Part shown: positions 10,111-19,707 of the stretch, piece by piece
Position numbering within the stretch: position 1 is the stretch's first letter
Layout: every line of letters begins with the position of its first letter
From: an uncultured Acidimicrobiales bacterium
Lineage (GTDB): Bacteria > Actinomycetota > Acidimicrobiia > Acidimicrobiales > SZUA-35
Assembly: GCA_963775125.1 (NCBI GenBank)
Contig: CAVZHQ010000001.1
Coordinates: 3,227-67,226 of the forward strand
Reading direction: 5' to 3'
DNA: 64,000 nt
Position numbers and translations under genes: made by a program
The notes under the pieces: model-generated
Told to the model about the DNA's origin: nothing
Databases searched by the model: none
Seen by the model: the letters and a program-made list of their open reading frames with translations, nothing else

Positions 10111-10251
10111 CGCCACGCCTTGAATGTCGTCGCGCTTGATCCAGATCTCGGCACCGACGTCCTCGCTGAATCGATCGAGCCGTTCGAGGGGAGTGGGCCA
10201 GGTGCCGAGCCCGGCGCTCGGGAGGTCGCGCAGTCGTTCGAGAAGCGTCAT
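10108..10251 (-). pseudogene. N-terminal fragment of D-cysteine desulfhydrase / ACC deaminase family PLP enzyme
   Basis: LGTWPTPLERLDRFS...EIWIKRDDIQGVAL, breaking off before the expected GGNK PLP-lysine motif; ATGA overlap with nitroreductase stop. Confidence 0.8.
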
Positions 10252-10985
10252 CGCAGTTCGAAGCCGCGATCGGCCAGGAACTGTCGCATGTGCGGCCGAC
10301 GTTCACCGTCGACCAGCGCGGCGATCTCCTCGGTCCAGCAGCTCTCCTTGTTGCCGCCCGTCCGCGCCCGGTAGTACGCCCGCATCGTGTCGTCGTAGTC
10401 AGCGATCTGCTGGGCCTCGGCGTCGAAGGAATAGACGTCTTCTTTCAGGACGACCTCGACCGGGAGCCGGGGCTTCACTTCAGGATCCTGGTCGGGAACG
10501 CCGAGGCACAGACCGAAGACGGGATAGACGTCCCTCGGCAGCTCGAGGAGGTCGCTGACGGTCTGTGGGTCGTTCCGCACTGCGCCGATGTAGCAGATAC
10601 CGAGCCCCATGGACTCGGCCGCTACGACAGCGTTCTGGGCAGCCAACGCCACGTCGATGGTCGCGATCATGAACTGCTCGGTCATGCCCGAGGTCATGGT
10701 CCCGCCTGCCAGTTCGGCGGCACGGCGGGTTCGGTGCAGATCGGCACACCAGACGAGGAACGCGCCGGCGGTCTCGATGTAACGCTGCCCACCGGCGACC
10801 TCGGCAATCCGGGCCCGGACCTCGGGATTCTTGACCCGTATCACGGTCGTGGCCTGCAGGTTGCTGGAGGTGGCGGCGGACAGGCCGCTCTTCACGATCT
10901 CGGCAACCGTGTCATCGGTGAGGGCTTCGTCGGTGAACTTGCGAATGGATCGGTGGGAGCGCAATAGCTGGTGAACGTCGTTCAT
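10248..10985 (-). CDS. nfsA: NfsA/Frp-family NADPH nitroreductase
   Basis: HRSIRKF, AATSSNLQ, AAESMGLGICYIGAVRN, KPRLP. Confidence 0.92.
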   Translation of the reverse strand: MNDVHQLLRSHRSIRKFTDEALTDDTVAEIVKSGLSAATSSNLQATTVIRVKNPEVRARIAEVAGGQRYIETAGAFLVWCADLHRTRRAAELAGGTMTSGMTEQFMIATIDVALAAQNAVVAAESMGLGICYIGAVRNDPQTVSDLLELPRDVYPVFGLCLGVPDQDPEVKPRLPVEVVLKEDVYSFDAEAQQIADYDDTMRAYYRARTGGNKESCWTEEIAALVDGERRPHMRQFLADRGFELR

Positions 10986-11050
10986 GCCCCAGAGCGTACG
11001 GGCAACGGCCGATCCCGGGTAGCGGGGCGCGAACCCAGGCCCCCGGCGAG

Positions 11051-11077
11051 TTAACACAGCCGAAACAAACGAGAAAC
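11051..11077 (+). promoter_or_regulatory. GlnR-binding box upstream of amtB
   Basis: TTAAC-n6-GAAAC-n6-GAAAC, matching the actinobacterial GlnR consensus gTnAc-n6-GaAAc, 66 bp before the amtB start. Confidence 0.75.
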
Positions 11078-11142
11078 GAGGCGGACTCAAGCTGACTGAA
11101 GACTGAACCCGTCTTGTCGCCCGTACGAAAGGCCCCCTCCCG

Positions 11143-12363
11143 ATGGATACCGGTAACAACGCGTGGATCATCGTCTCCGCTGCGCTCGTGCTCTTCATGG
11201 TCCCCGGACTCGCGCTCTTCTATGGGGGCATGTCGCGTTCGAAGAACATGCTGAACATGCTGATGATGAACATGATCTGCCTGGGCATCGTGCCCATCTT
11301 CTGGGTGGTCATCGGCTACACGTTGTCGTCGACCGGAACGGACAACGGCTGGATCGGAACGCTCGATTTCGTCTTCCTCCAGGACATCAACGTGACCGGC
11401 GAGGACGGGGGTGAAGGCCTCAGAAACGTCTTCTACGCCCTGACCTTTGCGTGCATCACGCCCGCCCTGATCTCCGGCGCGGTCGCCGACCGTCTGAAGT
11501 TCTCGGCCTGGATCGCCTTCGTCCCGCTGTGGATGCTGCTGGTCTTCACGCCTGCATGGGCGTGGGTCTTCAAAGAGGGCGGCAGCGGCTGGCTGGCGGC
11601 CCGGGGCAGTCTGGACTTCGCCGGTGGGACCGTGGTGCACGTGGCTGCCGGCTCGGCCTCCTTGGCGTTCGCCATGGTCCTCGGCCGCCGGCGTGGCTGG
11701 CCCGAAGAACCGATGATTCCGCACAACCTTCCGTTCACCATGATCGGCGCCGGCATCCTGTGGTTCGGCTGGTTCGGATTCAACGCCGGGTCGGCGTTCG
11801 CCGCCAACAACGTGGCCATTCAGGCTTTTGCCAACACCTTCATCGCCGGCGCCGCAGCCATGCTCTCCTGGCTGGCGGTCGAGAAGATCCGCGACGGGCA
11901 CGCAACGTCGCTCGGGGCTGCGTCGGGCATCGTCGCCGGTCTGGTCGGCATCACGCCGGGCGCCGGGTTCATGGGTGTCGCCGGGGCGATGGCCGTCGGC
12001 CTCATCGCCGGGGCGCTGTGTGCACTGGCGGTTCGACTGAAGTTCCGGTTCAAGTTCGACGATGCACTCGATGTCGTCGGGGTACACCTTGCGGGCGGTC
12101 TCATCGGCGGCGTGCTGATCGGGGTGTTCGCCAGCCCCGAGTCGCTGGGTGGCGAGTTCGATGCCGGTCTGATCGAAGGCGGCGGGGCCGGACTGCTGGG
12201 CGAGCAGATCTTGGCCAACGTCGTCGTCGGTGTGTTCTCCTTCGTCGTGACCTACGCCTTGGTCAAGGTGCTCGACCTGACCATCGGCCTCCGGGTCGAG
12301 CCCGACGAGGAACGCGAGGGTCTCGACACCACCCAGCACGCTGAAACCGCGTACAACAACTGA
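11143..12363 (+). CDS. amtB: Ammonium transporter
   Basis: PGLALFYGG, DFAGGTVVH, WFGWFGFNAGS, DDALDVVGVH. Confidence 0.97.
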   Translation: MDTGNNAWIIVSAALVLFMVPGLALFYGGMSRSKNMLNMLMMNMICLGIVPIFWVVIGYTLSSTGTDNGWIGTLDFVFLQDINVTGEDGGEGLRNVFYALTFACITPALISGAVADRLKFSAWIAFVPLWMLLVFTPAWAWVFKEGGSGWLAARGSLDFAGGTVVHVAAGSASLAFAMVLGRRRGWPEEPMIPHNLPFTMIGAGILWFGWFGFNAGSAFAANNVAIQAFANTFIAGAAAMLSWLAVEKIRDGHATSLGAASGIVAGLVGITPGAGFMGVAGAMAVGLIAGALCALAVRLKFRFKFDDALDVVGVHLAGGLIGGVLIGVFASPESLGGEFDAGLIEGGGAGLLGEQILANVVVGVFSFVVTYALVKVLDLTIGLRVEPDEEREGLDTTQHAETAYNN

Positions 12364-12449
12364 GCGTTCCCAATCGGCTGTAGACCCTTTTGGCGGTACA
12401 CAGTGCGGAACACGATCCGTCTGTTCAGACCGAAGGGGAGCCACCCGCT

Positions 12450-13826
12450 GTGGGTTACTACGACAACGACACGTACACCAAGGTCATCCTGCCCGAGAGC
12501 GAGATGCCCACGCAGTGGTACAACATTGTTCCCGATCTGCCGGCACCGCCGCCACCGCCACTACATCCCGGCACGCGTGAACCCATCGGGCCGGCCGATC
12601 TCGCCCCGTTGTTCCCGATGGCCATCATCGAGCAGGAGGTCTCGACCGAGAGCTACATCGACATCCCCGGCGAGGTGCTCGACGTCTACCGCTTGTGGCG
12701 GCCGAGCCCGCTGTTCCGTGCACGACGGCTCGAGAAGCTGCTGGGAACACCGGCCAAGATCTTCTACAAGTACGAGGGAGTCAGCCCGGCCGGCTCGCAC
12801 AAGCCGAACACCTCGGTGCCCCAGGCGTACTACAACCACAAAGAGGGCGTGACCAAGCTCACCACCGAGACCGGTGCCGGGCAGTGGGGCTCGTCCCTCG
12901 CATTTGCCACCGCTCAGTACGGGATGGAGTGCGAGGTGTGGCAGGTGGCGGCCTCGTACCGGCAAAAGCCGTATCGCAAGGCGATGATGGAGATCTGGGG
13001 AGCGACGGTCCATTCGAGCCCGTCGGAGGTCACCGAGTACGGACGGTCGTTGCTGGCCGAGAACCCCGATCATCCCGGTTCCCTCGGTATCGCCATCTCC
13101 GAAGCAGTGATGATGGCCGTCGAGGATCCCAACACCCGCTACGCGCTGGGCAGCGTGCTCAACCACGTGTTGATGCACCAGACCATCATCGGCGAGGAGG
13201 CGCTGTTACAGCTGGCCATGGTCGGGGAGACGCCCGACCTTCTGATTGGTTGCACCGGTGGCGGCTCCAACTTCGGAGGCCTGGCCTTCCCATTCCTGCG
13301 GGAGAAGTTGGCCGGTCGCATGAACCCGACCATCCGCTGCGTCGAGCCGGCGGCATGCCCGACGCTCACCAAAGGCGAGTACCGCTACGACTTCGGCGAC
13401 ACCGCGGGGCTCACACCCCTGGTGAAGATGCACACGCTCGGTCACAACTTCATCCCCGACCCCATCCACGCCGGCGGGTTGCGTTACCACGGCATGGCCC
13501 CGCTGGTGTCGCACATCTATGAGTTGGGCCTGGTCGAAGCCATCGCGCTTCCCCAGAGCGAGTGTTTCGAGGCCGCCGTGCAGTTCGCCCGTTGCGAAGG
13601 GATCGTGCCCGCACCCGAGCCGACGCACGCGTTGGCCGCCGCCATCCGCGAGGCGCTCGCGTGCAAGGAGTCGGGTGAGGAGAAGGTCATCCTCACCGCA
13701 CTCTGCGGCCACGGTCACCTCGACATGGCCGCGTACCAGGCCCACTTCGCCGGCGAGCTGGTCGACTACGACTTGTCGGACGCCGAGATCGCCGAGGCCA
13801 TGAAGTCGGTTCCCGTCCTGGACTGA
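12450..13826 (+). CDS. trpB2: TrpB2-type tryptophan synthase beta-like PLP enzyme
   Basis: [32 protein letters not shown]; GTG start after AAGGGGAG. Confidence 0.95.
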   Translation: MGYYDNDTYTKVILPESEMPTQWYNIVPDLPAPPPPPLHPGTREPIGPADLAPLFPMAIIEQEVSTESYIDIPGEVLDVYRLWRPSPLFRARRLEKLLGTPAKIFYKYEGVSPAGSHKPNTSVPQAYYNHKEGVTKLTTETGAGQWGSSLAFATAQYGMECEVWQVAASYRQKPYRKAMMEIWGATVHSSPSEVTEYGRSLLAENPDHPGSLGIAISEAVMMAVEDPNTRYALGSVLNHVLMHQTIIGEEALLQLAMVGETPDLLIGCTGGGSNFGGLAFPFLREKLAGRMNPTIRCVEPAACPTLTKGEYRYDFGDTAGLTPLVKMHTLGHNFIPDPIHAGGLRYHGMAPLVSHIYELGLVEAIALPQSECFEAAVQFARCEGIVPAPEPTHALAAAIREALACKESGEEKVILTALCGHGHLDMAAYQAHFAGELVDYDLSDAEIAEAMKSVPVLD

Positions 13827-13858
13827 GCCGTCCCCGCTTGATCGCTAGGGTTCGGGTC

Positions 13859-14533
13859 ATGACCGGCTCGAACCCTGCACAACCGACATCGGTGGCACCG
13901 TCACCAGCAGATCAGTGGGAAGCCCGGTACGGCGGGGCCGACGGTTACTACTACGGAACGGAACCCAACGACTTCCTGAGGTCCATCGTCAGCGATCCTG
14001 TCGTCGACGGGGCTTCGGGGCGGTCGGGCCCACCAACCGCGCTGTGCCTGGCTGACGGGGAAGGGCGCAACGGCGTCTACCTGGCCCAGCTCGGCTACGC
14101 GGTCACGTCGGTCGACCTCACCCAGGCAGGCATGGACAAGGCGGCCCGGCTGGCGGCCGATCGGGGTGTTTCCCTGACGACCGTCGTCGCCGACCTGGCC
14201 GAGTTCGATCTCGGTGAAGGACAGTGGGACCTGATCGTGTCGATCTTCGCCCACACGCCGCCGCCGATCCGTGCCCGGGTGCACGCGGCGCTGGAGCGAG
14301 CGCTCCGGCCCGGAGGGCGGTTCGTGCTCGAGGCCTACACCCCCGATCAGATCGGCCGCGGTACCGGCGGCCCGCCGGTACCGGAGTTCACGATGACCAT
14401 CGATCGGCTGCGCACCGAGGTCGTCGGACTGGACATCGAGTTCGAGCTCGAGATCGTCCGCTCGGTGATCGAAGGCCCAGGTCACACCGGCGACGGCGCC
14501 GTCGTCCAGTTCATCGCCCGCAAACCGGGCTGA
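13859..14533 (+). CDS. Class I SAM-dependent methyltransferase
   Basis: YYYGTEPNDFL, LCLADGEGRNGVYLA. Confidence 0.9.
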   Translation: MTGSNPAQPTSVAPSPADQWEARYGGADGYYYGTEPNDFLRSIVSDPVVDGASGRSGPPTALCLADGEGRNGVYLAQLGYAVTSVDLTQAGMDKAARLAADRGVSLTTVVADLAEFDLGEGQWDLIVSIFAHTPPPIRARVHAALERALRPGGRFVLEAYTPDQIGRGTGGPPVPEFTMTIDRLRTEVVGLDIEFELEIVRSVIEGPGHTGDGAVVQFIARKPG

Positions 14534-14566
14534 GGCCCCATCGTTTGTCCCTCGGTGCCTGGCCGC

Positions 14567-15877
14567 TCAGGTTGGCGCGAATCTGGCCATGTCCGCTCCG
14601 ATCGCCTCGGCGGCGGGTTCGGACACCCCGGCCTCGGCCGCGAAGTCGGTCCAACGCGAGACGGTGCCGGTGACCTCGGCGATGATGGCCTTGTAGGCCG
14701 GGACGCCGAAGCGATCTCCGATTGCCTCGAGGTCCGCTCGGGTGATGTTCTCGGCCTTCGCGTTGATCGTCATCTGATGGCGTGCGACCCATTCGCTGCT
14801 GATCTTGTAGGAGTGGGTCAGGTCGTAGGCGGGAGCCAATGACCATCGACCGTCGGGGCTGCACAGGAACGCGGTGTTCTTGGTGTGGTCGTCGCGGTTG
14901 ACAGCGGCGACGTTGAAAACACATCGGCGGAAGATCTCGGCGGCGGCTTGGCGGCCGAGCGACAGCCGGTCGAGGACGAGCAGAAGGAGCTGTTCGTAGC
15001 TGTAGGCGCCAGGGAGCTTGTAGCTGGCGTGATCGAGGCCGCAAAGGCTGAGCAGATGGAGGCGTTCGTCGCCGGCGGGGCGGTCGAAGCGCCTCGTGAT
15101 GAAGTGGGCTCGGTTCCCCTCCGGGATAAGGCGGGATTCAGCCATCTCGATGCCGGCTTCGGTCGCCATCAGGTAGTAGGCGTACTCGATGCGTCCGTAG
15201 TCGGTGCCCTCGGTGATGACGGCGCCCCGGTCTCGGCCGACGGACGCGCCGTCGAGCTTGACCAGCCAGTGGGTGAACCCTTCCGGCGCATCGAACTGCC
15301 CGGACCGGATCTGGTTGGTGTCGGGGTTGTAGGCCACCAGGGCTTTGGCCCGGGCGCCGCCGGCGGATGCGCCGACCTGGATGAGTTGCTGCAGCGCTTC
15401 GTCGGCGGGAGCATCCGGCCCGAAATCGCCGGTGAGCACCTGGCGGGCCGAGGTCACCAGATCGGCCAGTGCGAGCGCAGTCGGCTCGGCCCCGATCGAC
15501 GTTACGGGCGGGTGGAAGGTGAGCGCGCCGAGTCCGCGCTCTCCGGTGTAGGCGAGGCGATCCAGCGCCGTGATGTCGGAGACGTCGATGCCCTGTCGCG
15601 CCATCCAGGCGTCGACGAGGGCGTTGCCGAAGTCGTCGGGCAAGGCGTCGGCGAGTAGCGGCGGTAGGCGCTTCCAGGTCGGCTCGTCGAGGCCCCGGAA
15701 GGTGAAGACGCCGGACGCGTTTGGCATCCGCAGGGGCGCAAGCTCGATCTGACCCGTCGCCCACTCGGGCGCGTACTCGAAGGCGTAGGCCCCGGCCGTG
15801 GGATCGGCGGCCACCGCCCCCACGGTTCGTCCCCACGCCCGCACTTCGACGACGTCGATGGGTTCGTAGACGCTCAT
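14567..15877 (-). CDS. hipA: HipA-family kinase toxin
   Basis: N-terminal couple domain FEYAPEW...DALPDDFG; SAGGARAKA, RRFDR, NRDDHTKN, LAPAYDL. Confidence 0.93.
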   Translation of the reverse strand: MSVYEPIDVVEVRAWGRTVGAVAADPTAGAYAFEYAPEWATGQIELAPLRMPNASGVFTFRGLDEPTWKRLPPLLADALPDDFGNALVDAWMARQGIDVSDITALDRLAYTGERGLGALTFHPPVTSIGAEPTALALADLVTSARQVLTGDFGPDAPADEALQQLIQVGASAGGARAKALVAYNPDTNQIRSGQFDAPEGFTHWLVKLDGASVGRDRGAVITEGTDYGRIEYAYYLMATEAGIEMAESRLIPEGNRAHFITRRFDRPAGDERLHLLSLCGLDHASYKLPGAYSYEQLLLLVLDRLSLGRQAAAEIFRRCVFNVAAVNRDDHTKNTAFLCSPDGRWSLAPAYDLTHSYKISSEWVARHQMTINAKAENITRADLEAIGDRFGVPAYKAIIAEVTGTVSRWTDFAAEAGVSEPAAEAIGADMARFAPT

Positions 15878-16152
15878 CGGCGGGTTCGGGATGCCTTGGC
15901 CAGCAGGGCCATCGGCGACACGGTCGCCGGCGGCGCGAGGTCGTCGAGCCAGTCCTCGCGATCGAGTTCGCGCAGTACGGCGATCAAGGTGCTGAGACTC
16001 GTGCCAGCGCCTGCTTCGAGGCTGCTGATCGTCGACGTCGACACCCCCGCAGCGCGGGCGAGTTCTCGCTGGGTCATCTGGGCTCGTTTGCGCAGCACGC
16101 GAATCTGTTGGCCGACTGCAGCTTCAAGCTCTTGTGAGGTTCGACGTGCCAC
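15874..16152 (-). CDS. XRE-family HTH antitoxin (HipB-like)
   Basis: IRVLRKRAQMTQRELARAAGVSTSTISSLEAG; 4-bp overlap with hipA; start chosen from GGAG RBS. Confidence 0.88.
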   Translation of the reverse strand: MARRTSQELEAAVGQQIRVLRKRAQMTQRELARAAGVSTSTISSLEAGAGTSLSTLIAVLRELDREDWLDDLAPPATVSPMALLAKASRTRR

Positions 16153-16220
16153 GGCTCTGGCTCCCAAGAAAGCGGAAAAACCGATCCATCGCAGGAAGAG
16201 TACTCTCCGTCCGCCCCGTT

Positions 16221-16251
16221 TGATAGGAGAAAAGCTATAAATTCGCTATCA
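16221..16251. promoter_or_regulatory. Imperfect inverted repeat in AT-rich TA promoter region (candidate antitoxin operator)
   Basis: TGATAG-n19-CTATCA in a locally AT-rich stretch upstream of the HTH gene. Confidence 0.4.
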
Positions 16252-16330
16252 GATGAATTCTTGTCTGCTTTTCCAGAGATTTAGCACACAACGTGTTCAC
16301 GCAGGCTGGACTCGCTATGGAATCTCATGC

Positions 16331-17194
16331 TCAGTCGACGAGCTGTTCCACGAGGGCCCAGTCGGGCTGGAGGCCGCTGACCGGGTTGAGGGGAACCACC
16401 ACGATGCGGTCGGCGCCAGCGTCGGCTTGGGCAGCGAGCCGACGCTTGATGTCGTCGATCGAGCCCCAGGCCACGATGGCGTCGACCAGCCGGTCGCTGC
16501 CCCCGTTGGTGAAGTCGTCGTCGTTGAAGCCGAGGGTTCGCCAAGCCCGGTGGTAATAGTCGAGTCCCATGTACATCCCGAGCGCCTTGCGACAGAGTTC
16601 TCGGGCGTTGTCCGGTTCGGGGCACAGCAGGCACATGGTCATCGGCGTCAGCGCCACCGAGGCGGGCAGAGCGGCCCGGGTTCGGGCGGTGTGCTCGACG
16701 TTCATGACGTAAGTGAACACGCCGTCGGCGTTGGCTGCGGCGACGTCGAGCATCTTCGGTCCGTGGGCTGCGACCTGGATGGGGTAGGAGATCGTACTGT
16801 CTCGGGGAAGGGTGAGCTTGGCGGCGCGGACGGCCTGCACGTACGACTCGAGCCGAGGTGCCGGTGCCGTCCACGTGTGGCCCCGTAGTTCGTTGAGGCC
16901 CCGGTTCGAGACGCCGAGACCCAGTTCGAAGCGGTTGCCGCTGAGTTCGGCAAGGGTGGCCGATGCCGCGGCCGCCGCCGTGGCGTCGCGGACGTACACA
17001 TTGGCGATGGCGGTCCCGACCTTCAAGGTGGTGGTGGCGCCGAGCAGCGCGCCGGAAGCAGCGAAGGGCTCACGCCCGAACAGCTCCGCCAGCCAAACCG
17101 ATTCGATGCCGGCGGCCTCGACCCGGCGGGCGTAGTCGAGGAAGTCCGAGCCGACCATGCGGTCGGTGTTGAAAAGGATGCCGATGCGAGTCAT
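16331..17194 (-). CDS. LLM-class (probably F420-dependent) oxidoreductase
   Basis: ESVWLAE, VGTAIANVYVRD, RFELGLGVS, AAHGPKML. Confidence 0.9.
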   Translation of the reverse strand: MTRIGILFNTDRMVGSDFLDYARRVEAAGIESVWLAELFGREPFAASGALLGATTTLKVGTAIANVYVRDATAAAAASATLAELSGNRFELGLGVSNRGLNELRGHTWTAPAPRLESYVQAVRAAKLTLPRDSTISYPIQVAAHGPKMLDVAAANADGVFTYVMNVEHTARTRAALPASVALTPMTMCLLCPEPDNARELCRKALGMYMGLDYYHRAWRTLGFNDDDFTNGGSDRLVDAIVAWGSIDDIKRRLAAQADAGADRIVVVPLNPVSGLQPDWALVEQLVD

Positions 17195-18411
17195 TGGGTG
17201 AGCGTCCGTTCGTGGGTGCGGATGACGTGTTGGGAGTCGAGCAGGTCGATGGCGGTCTGGTCGTAGCCGAGGTCGGTGAGGATGGCGCGTGTGTCCTGGC
17301 CCAGCTCGGGTGCATCAGTGGGGAACGCCGCCGGCGTGGTCCCGAACCGCCATGCTGGGCGAGGAACCCGGACCGAGCCGATGTGCGGGGCGTCGACGGT
17401 GGGGACGGATTGGCGGGCAACGGCCTGTGGATGATCGGCGACTTCGTCTCGGCTGAACACTCGACCGGCGGGGACGTCGTGGGCGGCGAATGTCGCGAGC
17501 GCGTCGGCGGTGGATCGGCCCGCAATCTCGTCGGCCAGGAGGTCCTGGAACAGACCGAGGTCGCCCTCGACCAGGTTCGGTGCCCAGCGAGGGTCGCTTG
17601 CCCATTCTGGTCGGTCCACGGCAAGGCAAAGGGACTCGAGCGGGGACATGATGGGCATGAGGACGATGGCACCGTCGGTGGTCGGGTACACCCGGTAGTA
17701 GTCGCCGGGGTACATGGCCGCATCGTCGGGCTCGCCCACGATCGTGTGCTGCATCATGCCGTCGGGCCAGAAGTACGCCAGGTTGGCTTCGTGCATGCTG
17801 ACTTGCACGTGTTGACCGCGTCGAAGGGGATCGCGTTCGCGGGCGAACAGCGCAGCGAGGATGGCTTCGACCGTTGCGTGCGACGTGGTCTTGTCGGCGG
17901 GGAAGTGACGAGCGAGGTCGTGGCGACCGGTGACAGGATCCCGCTGGAGGTCGACCATGCCACTCACCGCCTGGATGACGTAGTCGTAGACCGGTTCACC
18001 CGCGGCCGGACCGTCCGCCCCGAAGCCGCTGATGCTGGCGTAGACGAGCGACGGATTCAGGGCGAGGCACTCGTCAGGGTCGAGGCCGATGCCTGCTGCC
18101 TTTCCCGGGCGCATGTTCTGGATCACCACGTCGGCGGTGGTCACCAGCTTCTGGAGTATCTGCCGGCCCTCGGGGTGGCGGCCGTTGATGGCCAGGGACC
18201 GCTTGCCCCGGTTGGTGTTGTAGTAGTACGCGGTCATGCCGCCCCGGCGGCTGCCGGTGCCTCGGGTGAAGTCGGGCGCCGCCGGGTTCTCGACCTTGAT
18301 GACCTCGGCTCCGAGTTCGGCCAGGAGCATCGCCGTCAGTGGGCCAGAGAGGACAGACGAGACATCGAGCACTCGAATACCGGCGAGTGGCGGCGGGGAA
18401 CCGGTGGTCAT
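17191..18411 (-). CDS. CaiB/BaiF family III CoA-transferase
   Basis: PLAGIRVLD, LGAEVIKVE, NRGKRS, ADVVIQNMRPG; real start taken at MTTGSPP. Confidence 0.93.
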   Translation of the reverse strand: MTTGSPPPLAGIRVLDVSSVLSGPLTAMLLAELGAEVIKVENPAAPDFTRGTGSRRGGMTAYYYNTNRGKRSLAINGRHPEGRQILQKLVTTADVVIQNMRPGKAAGIGLDPDECLALNPSLVYASISGFGADGPAAGEPVYDYVIQAVSGMVDLQRDPVTGRHDLARHFPADKTTSHATVEAILAALFARERDPLRRGQHVQVSMHEANLAYFWPDGMMQHTIVGEPDDAAMYPGDYYRVYPTTDGAIVLMPIMSPLESLCLAVDRPEWASDPRWAPNLVEGDLGLFQDLLADEIAGRSTADALATFAAHDVPAGRVFSRDEVADHPQAVARQSVPTVDAPHIGSVRVPRPAWRFGTTPAAFPTDAPELGQDTRAILTDLGYDQTAIDLLDSQHVIRTHERTLTQ

Positions 18412-19655
18412 GTGGTCGTTGCTCCCTCGAAGAGGTGGGAGAACGTGCGCTCGACCCAGGCGGCGACGGCGAACAGGCTGGCATCGGACCATCGGGCGCT
18501 GGTGAGCTGAATGCCCAGCGGCAGACCGCTGGGGCCGATGCCCACAGGCACTTGGATGGCGGGAGTACCCAACGTGCTCCACACTCGGTTGAACACCGAG
18601 TCGCCGGTCGTCGCCATCAGCGGAGCTTCGCCCGGGGCCGACGGGGTGATGAGGGCATCGAGGTCGAGCCCGTTCGGACCGAGGTAGTCGTCGTGGGCGG
18701 CGGCCGCCTCGGCCACGGTCCGGCGCGCCCACTGGTACCGCTCGGCGCCGATGGCGTCGCCTCGTTCGAAGAGGCGCAGGATCTGGGGATGGACGAGGTC
18801 GGGGTGAGCGGTGCGTTCCCAAGCGAACACCCGTGCCGCCTCGTGAGCGAGGAGGATCTCGCCCGCCTGGGCGACCGGTTCCAGGTGGGGTGCCGGATCC
18901 AGTTCGACGACGTCGGCACCGGCATCCCTGAGCGCGGTGGTCACGGACTGCAGCAGTGGTTCGATCTCGGGTTCGGCGTGCGCGTATTGGAGCGACCGGT
19001 ACACGCCGAGCCTCGGCGGGTGGAAGGCTGCGGCCGCCCGGTCGCCCGTGAGGGCCTCGTAGAGCGTGGCCGCATCGTTCACGTTGGCGGTGAGGCAACC
19101 GAGCGTGTCGAGGGAATGCGCGAGGGTGCCGATGCCGCTCATGGGCACGAAGCCAAAGGTCCCCTTGAAACCGACGACGCCGCAGTACGCCGCCGGGCGC
19201 AGGACCGAACCGACGGTCTGGGTTCCGAGAGCGGCACGCACCATGCCGGCCGCCACGGCTGCCGCCGATCCGCTGGACGAACCGCCCGGCGTGTGTGCTG
19301 GGTGGTGCGGGTTGGTGGTGACCGTCGGCGTGAACAGCGCGAACTCGGTCGTCGCGGTCTTGCCGGCCACGACGGCCCCGGCCGCTCGAGCCAGCGCAAC
19401 GCAGGCGGCGTCGGCCATGGGCCTTCGGTTCCGGTAGATCGGCGAACCACGCTCGGTCGGGAAGTCGAAGGTGTCGATCACATCCTTCACGCCGAGCGTC
19501 CAGCCGCTGAGCAACCCTCGGCCCGTACTACTGGCCGCCCGGACGCGGGATCGCAGCTCTTCGTCGTCGAGTCGGCAGACCCACGCCCGCACGGTGGTTT
19601 CCCGCTCGGCGACTTGTGCCAGTTCGGCTTCGATGCCCGGGACGGGTGCGTTCAC
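18408..19655 (-). CDS. Amidase (amidase signature family)
   Basis: GVKD, TPGGSSSGSAAAVAAG, GTQTVGSVLRPAAYCGVVGFK. Confidence 0.93.
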   Translation of the reverse strand: MNAPVPGIEAELAQVAERETTVRAWVCRLDDEELRSRVRAASSTGRGLLSGWTLGVKDVIDTFDFPTERGSPIYRNRRPMADAACVALARAAGAVVAGKTATTEFALFTPTVTTNPHHPAHTPGGSSSGSAAAVAAGMVRAALGTQTVGSVLRPAAYCGVVGFKGTFGFVPMSGIGTLAHSLDTLGCLTANVNDAATLYEALTGDRAAAAFHPPRLGVYRSLQYAHAEPEIEPLLQSVTTALRDAGADVVELDPAPHLEPVAQAGEILLAHEAARVFAWERTAHPDLVHPQILRLFERGDAIGAERYQWARRTVAEAAAAHDDYLGPNGLDLDALITPSAPGEAPLMATTGDSVFNRVWSTLGTPAIQVPVGIGPSGLPLGIQLTSARWSDASLFAVAAWVERTFSHLFEGATTT

Positions 19656-19707
19656 CGCGCCATCATGGCTCAGCGGTCGAAGCCGGAGCGATTGCGTCTC
19701 TGTTCGG

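Noticed and set aside
9895-10251. 118-aa ORF as a real fusion protein
   Set aside because: Only the first 48 or so residues are desulfhydrase-like; the rest is an off-frame read of the FHA gene past the junction.
17191-19098. 635-aa ORF as an extended CoA-transferase
   Set aside because: The upstream part is an off-frame overlap with the amidase; the real start is at 18411. The same applies to 22801-24711, 36357-37538 and 39411-41144.
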